A program made the translations under genes and the position numbers. Source: Gammaproteobacteria bacterium (GTDB lineage: Bacteria > Pseudomonadota > Gammaproteobacteria > Ga0077554 > Ga007554). Taken from it: a DNA stretch of 64,000 bases. Where the stretch lies: assembly GCA_021731145.1 (NCBI GenBank), contig JAKFXX010000026.1:11196-75195 (forward strand). The letters run 5' to 3'. Shown in pieces: positions 63,237 through 64,000 of this stretch. Positions within the stretch are counted from its first letter, which is position 1, and every line of letters begins with the position of its first letter. The notes beneath the pieces are model-generated. The model was not told the origin of the DNA. It did not search any database and saw only the letters and a program-made list of their open reading frames with translations.

Positions 63237-64000
63237 ATGAACTCATCTCTCGATCTGGCCCCTTATGCCGCCGTCCCTGACCGTTCGCGCGGGCGGCGCT
63301 TCTCCGAACCGTCACCCACCTATCGCAGCGAATACCAGCGCGACCGCGACCGCATCGTCCACTCTGCGGCGTTCCGTCGCCTTGAATACAAGACCCAGGT
63401 ATTCGTCAACCACGAGGGCGACATGTTCCGCACGCGCTTGACGCACTCCATCGAAGTGGCGCAGATCGGCCGCTCCATCGCGCGCGTGCTGCGGCTCCAC
63501 GAGGATCTCGTCGAGGCCATCGCACTGGCACACGACGTGGGCCACACTCCCTTCGGCCACGCCGGGCAGGATGCGCTCAATCACTGCATGGGCGAATACG
63601 GCGGTTTCGAGCACAACCTGCAATCGTTGCGCGTGGTGGACGAGCTTGAGGAAAAATACGCCGAATTTCCCGGCCTGAACCTCACCTTCGAAACGCGCGA
63701 GGGCATCCTCAAGCACTGTTCGCCGCGCAAGGCTGCGGAGCTGGGAGAAGTCGGGCAGCGCTTTCTGGACAAGCAACAGCCCGGCCTGGAGGCGCAACTC
63801 GCCAACCTGGCGGACGAGATCGCCTACAACAATCATGATGTAGACGACGGGCTGCGCGCCGGATTGATCGACGTAGCACAGTTGTGCGAGGTAACAGCGT
63901 TCCGCGAGCAGTATGCGACTGTCAAAAACACCTACCCTGATCTACCCGAGCGGCGCACCATACACGAGGTGGTGCGGCGCATGATCAACCGCCAGGTGAT
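63237..64000 (+). CDS. dgt: dGTP triphosphohydrolase (runs off the window)
   Basis: Absent from the ORF track; hand translation [11 protein letters not shown]...[51 protein letters not shown]. Confidence 0.95.
   Translation, partial: MNSSLDLAPYAAVPDRSRGRRFSEPSPTYRSEYQRDRDRIVHSAAFRRLEYKTQVFVNHEGDMFRTRLTHSIEVAQIGRSIARVLRLHEDLVEAIALAHDVGHTPFGHAGQDALNHCMGEYGGFEHNLQSLRVVDELEEKYAEFPGLNLTFETREGILKHCSPRKAAELGEVGQRFLDKQQPGLEAQLANLADEIAYNNHDVDDGLRAGLIDVAQLCEVTAFREQYATVKNTYPDLPERRTIHEVVRRMINRQV

Overview
A GC-rich chromosomal segment, most consistent with a sulfur-oxidising gammaproteobacterium (oxidiser-type Sat, split gcvPA/gcvPB, ftsYEX-rpoH, rph-rdgB-hemW, aroKB-dgt). In order it contains: a sigma54/NtrC-type porin-urtABCDE-ureD urea operon; rph, rdgB, pbpG, hemW, serB, arsC, apaG and a ketohexokinase-like kinase; two M16 peptidases; ftsY-ftsE-ftsX-rpoH, with a perfect CIRCE before rpoH; a CzcCBA-like RND operon led by a His-rich ORF ending in PRAPP; metH; sat; an ankyrin protein and adenosine kinase; an 8-gene TPR/ExbB/ExbD/ExbD/TonB-like cluster resembling the Agl-Glt core; a glycine-riboswitch-led lipA-gcvT-gcvH-gcvPA-tpx-gcvPB-dgkA operon; a PAS-GGDEF-EAL protein; Fur-boxed fbpAB; an Ig-like lipoprotein; aroK, aroB and dgt. 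I saw no tRNA, rRNA, CRISPR array, transposase or prophage. There are many short repeat elements (GTAG-type REPs, a TIR MITE, CACAGAG-type inverted repeats). The most unusual signals are: (1) a ~60-nt three-stem hairpin present twice, in the rph leader and between gcvH and gcvPA, with three compensatory base-pair changes; (2) a ~30-codon in-frame insert in gcvT whose antisense strand is an array of GGA-loop hairpins; (3) the RAPP-type leader upstream of the metal efflux operon; (4) the Agl-Glt-like motor cluster with an apparent TPR gene fusion. All calls come from reading the sequence by eye; no database searches were run.
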